A DNA stretch of 64,000 bases from Malacoraja senta (Eukaryota), in the NCBI GenBank assembly GCA_038087875.1, contig CM075993.1, forward strand, positions 1,178,001 through 1,242,000, written 5' to 3'. Numbering within the stretch: position 1 is the first letter of the stretch; the number at the start of each line of letters is the position of its first letter. A model generated the notes under the pieces. The model searched no databases, was not told the DNA's origin, and saw nothing but the letters and a program-made list of their open reading frames with translations. Below, piece by piece: positions 61,424 through 64,000 of this stretch. The position numbers were made by a program, and so were the translations under genes.

Positions 61424-61665
61424 GTGCAAGAAGGAAATGCGGATGCTGGTTTAAACCAAAGATAGACACAAAAAGCTGGAATAACTCGGCGGGACAGGCA
61501 GCATGTCTGGAGAGAAGGAATGGGTGACGTTTTGGGTCGAGACCCTTCTTCAGACTGAATGTGGATTGGATCTTCAGGTTGGACCCGAAACATCACCCAT
61601 TCCATCTCTCTAGAGATGCTGCCTGTCGTGCTGAGTTACTCAAGCATATTGTGTCTATATTCAGG
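61424..61665. mobile_element. Penelope pLTR hairpin insertion
   Basis: Inverted arms; 12-bp TSD TTGGATGTGGGT at 61412-61423 and 61666-61677. Confidence 0.85.
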
Positions 61666-62375
61666 TTGGATGTGGGTACAGCCAAGCAAGCAGTTCCATG
61701 CTGCAATTTGAATACATTGTATAGCGATTCATTTAATTGCAGAGTTAAGCTCATTCTACAAAGTTAGAGGTACTGTGCTTCAGAGGGGTTTAATTAAAGA
61801 TAAAATAAAATGACAGGATTAGTATTGTGGAAGGATGAGACCAAACAAGCCTTCTTAATTACAAGTGATCATGTGGTATCTCATTAAATGATACCAACTG
61901 GAGATTTAACATCAATGATCAAAGCTCATAAAAGGCTTGACAGAAAGATCTTCAAATAGATACACTGCACCACTGTCAAATGTGATTTTCCTCATGTAAT
62001 CATTTATTCATGGTGATTTTGCTTTTTGCAAAAGATGGGATGAAGAAATGTGCTGAATTTATAAACTGACTTGCATGGTTGCGCATGTTGGCTGTGGAGG
62101 GGAGAGGGAGGGGGCTTTTTATAATACTAGATTCGTAATGATTAAATTCATAAAGATAACCACAGCTTTGAAAAGATGACAGCACATATATTACATCGGG
62201 TCAGACATCTGACTTGCTAGGCTTGTTAAATGATATAAACTATTCCTGAGATCAGTCACTGGACAAAATGGATCGCCACAAAAATGTCTGAATTTACACA
62301 CACTTTACAAATTCACAGGCGACGCCACCATTGTGGGCCAGACATCAAATAACGCTGAGTGGAAGTACAGGAAGG

Positions 62376-62575
62376 NNNNNNNNNNNNNNNNNNNNNNNNN
62401 NNNNNNNNNNNNNNNNNNNNNNNNNNNNNNNNNNNNNNNNNNNNNNNNNNNNNNNNNNNNNNNNNNNNNNNNNNNNNNNNNNNNNNNNNNNNNNNNNNNN
62501 NNNNNNNNNNNNNNNNNNNNNNNNNNNNNNNNNNNNNNNNNNNNNNNNNNNNNNNNNNNNNNNNNNNNNNNNNNN
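62376..62575. other. Assembly gap (200 N)
   Basis: Run of N. Confidence 0.99.
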
Positions 62576-63279
62576 ATTTCACATTCCAGGTTTTGTTACT
62601 CAAAACCTATCTTCCCAACATTTGTTACTCTCTCATTAATTTGCTGTACTTTCTGGTTAATTTGTGTATGAAGTGTTTGTAAATTGACACATGCAACCCG
62701 CTGAGTTAATGCCTGGAAAATAATGAAATTGATGATCATTGCACGGCAGAAAATTGACAAAGAGGAGGAATAAAGAAAGTTCCAGTAAAGGGCCTGTCAA
62801 ACTGCGGCGACCTAATTTGCGAGTTTAGAAGAGTTTGCTCTCGACTCAAACTCGCAGTATGGTCGACACGTGGTCCCAGGAGGTCCTAGGAGGACACTGG
62901 AACTCTCCTTCATGCTGGGGGAACGTTCCCGCATACTCGCAGCCTCAGTTTGGTCGAGGAAATTTTTTCAGCATGCTGGGGTCGCCAGGCAGTCGAGGTA
63001 GCCGTAGGCAATCTCCTTTGCTGACCGGGCATAGTAATGGGCTCATTGGCGTTTTCAGAACCGACCGGTAATGTTAAATGCCCACTAAACTTTATTAAAA
63101 GTAGTTTGGCTTCTTAAAAGTGTCTCCACTCCTTCTCCCCTCTTCTCTCCCCCTTCCCCCTCTCCGCGCTCTCTAAAGGACTTACCGTACACTGTGCCAG
63201 CCGTCTTTTACCTTCCTGTTCATCGCGGGGGTGCATTTCTGACAGCGCTCCCCCGCCTTCCCAGGCTCCCGCCTTTGCG

Positions 63280-63332
<53 letters not shown>

Positions 63333-64000
63333 CGTGCGTGTGCAGACGGTTGTTCCAGCTCGAGGTTTTTCAGGCGAGTCCCCTCGATCTTGAAGGTCAA
63401 AGACAGTCGCTGAAAAGTCGCGTTAGTGGGACGGGCCCCCTAATTCTTATCATTTGGTTATGGTGGGCAAACCAATCAGAGTTTTGATTAAATGCATAAG
63501 TTCTGGGAAGAGGAGAGTCACTTTGTCTGTGCTATCAAGAACAGAGCAGTATCAAACACGAAAGGATGCCTCCAGCAGAAATCTCTTGTATTTGCATTAA
63601 ATATTAATTTAGTGTTACCAAGAAACGCTTCCCAAAAATCAAGCTTTTGAATTAAAAATGCTTTGATTTCCCTGGAGTCCCGCTTACATTTAGAATGTTG
63701 AACAGTGGAGCACAGGAACAGGCCCCAAGGCCTGTGTGCCAACCATGTGTGTGCCAACCATGGTACCAAATTACAGTAAATAAAATCTATTTGCTTCCAT
63801 ATGGTCTATATCACTTCATTCCCTGCATATTCATTTGTCTTTGTAAAGGTATCTTAAACAGCGCCATCTTATTGCTTCCACCACTTACTCTGGCACCACA
63901 ACCAAGACACCTTCCACGCTAACACTTGCCTCACACATCTCCTTTAAACTCCCTCTCCCCCTCATCTTAAAGCTATGCCCTCCAATATTTGACAATTTCA
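62576..64000 (+). repeat. Apparently identical duplicate of 51612-53036
   Basis: Constant offset 10964; identical ORF translations and microsatellite length. Confidence 0.95.
62789..63440. mobile_element. Duplicate copy of the Harbinger-type element at 51825-52476
   Basis: Same sequence at offset 10964. Confidence 0.75.

Noticed and set aside
62313-62682. ORFs spanning the gap
   Set aside because: Artefacts of translating N.

Overview
Vertebrate genomic DNA; the repeat content suggests a cartilaginous fish, probably a skate or ray. The window lies inside one large minus-strand gene, unconventional myosin IXa (MYO9A). I traced 21 coding exons (56915 down to 1096; 4311 nt = 1437 codons, phases consistent throughout). 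They cover the motor domain with its loop-2 insertion, six IQ motifs and the start of the tail; both gene ends lie outside the window. One intron uses a GC donor. The introns are dense with transposons: CR1 fragments (one with a 420-aa open RT frame), a 5'-truncated L1 with a 17-bp TSD, Penelope-like ends carrying hammerhead-like motifs (often as TSD-flanked hairpins), Harbinger-type MITEs, V-SINE/HE1-like SINEs and a Vingi-like 3' end. Two objects stand out. (1) A 143-bp TSD-flanked retroposon at 32525-32667 whose first 54 nt fold as a compact HDV-like self-cleaving ribozyme, followed by a stem-loop body and a (GAA)n tail. (2) An 885-bp Gypsy-derived insertion at 21824-22708 that appears to preserve an aberrant reverse-transcription intermediate, with the tRNA-Trp 3' end fused to inverted R-U5. 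The last 1.4 kb, after a 200-N gap, duplicates 51612-53036 with no visible differences and is probably an assembly artefact.
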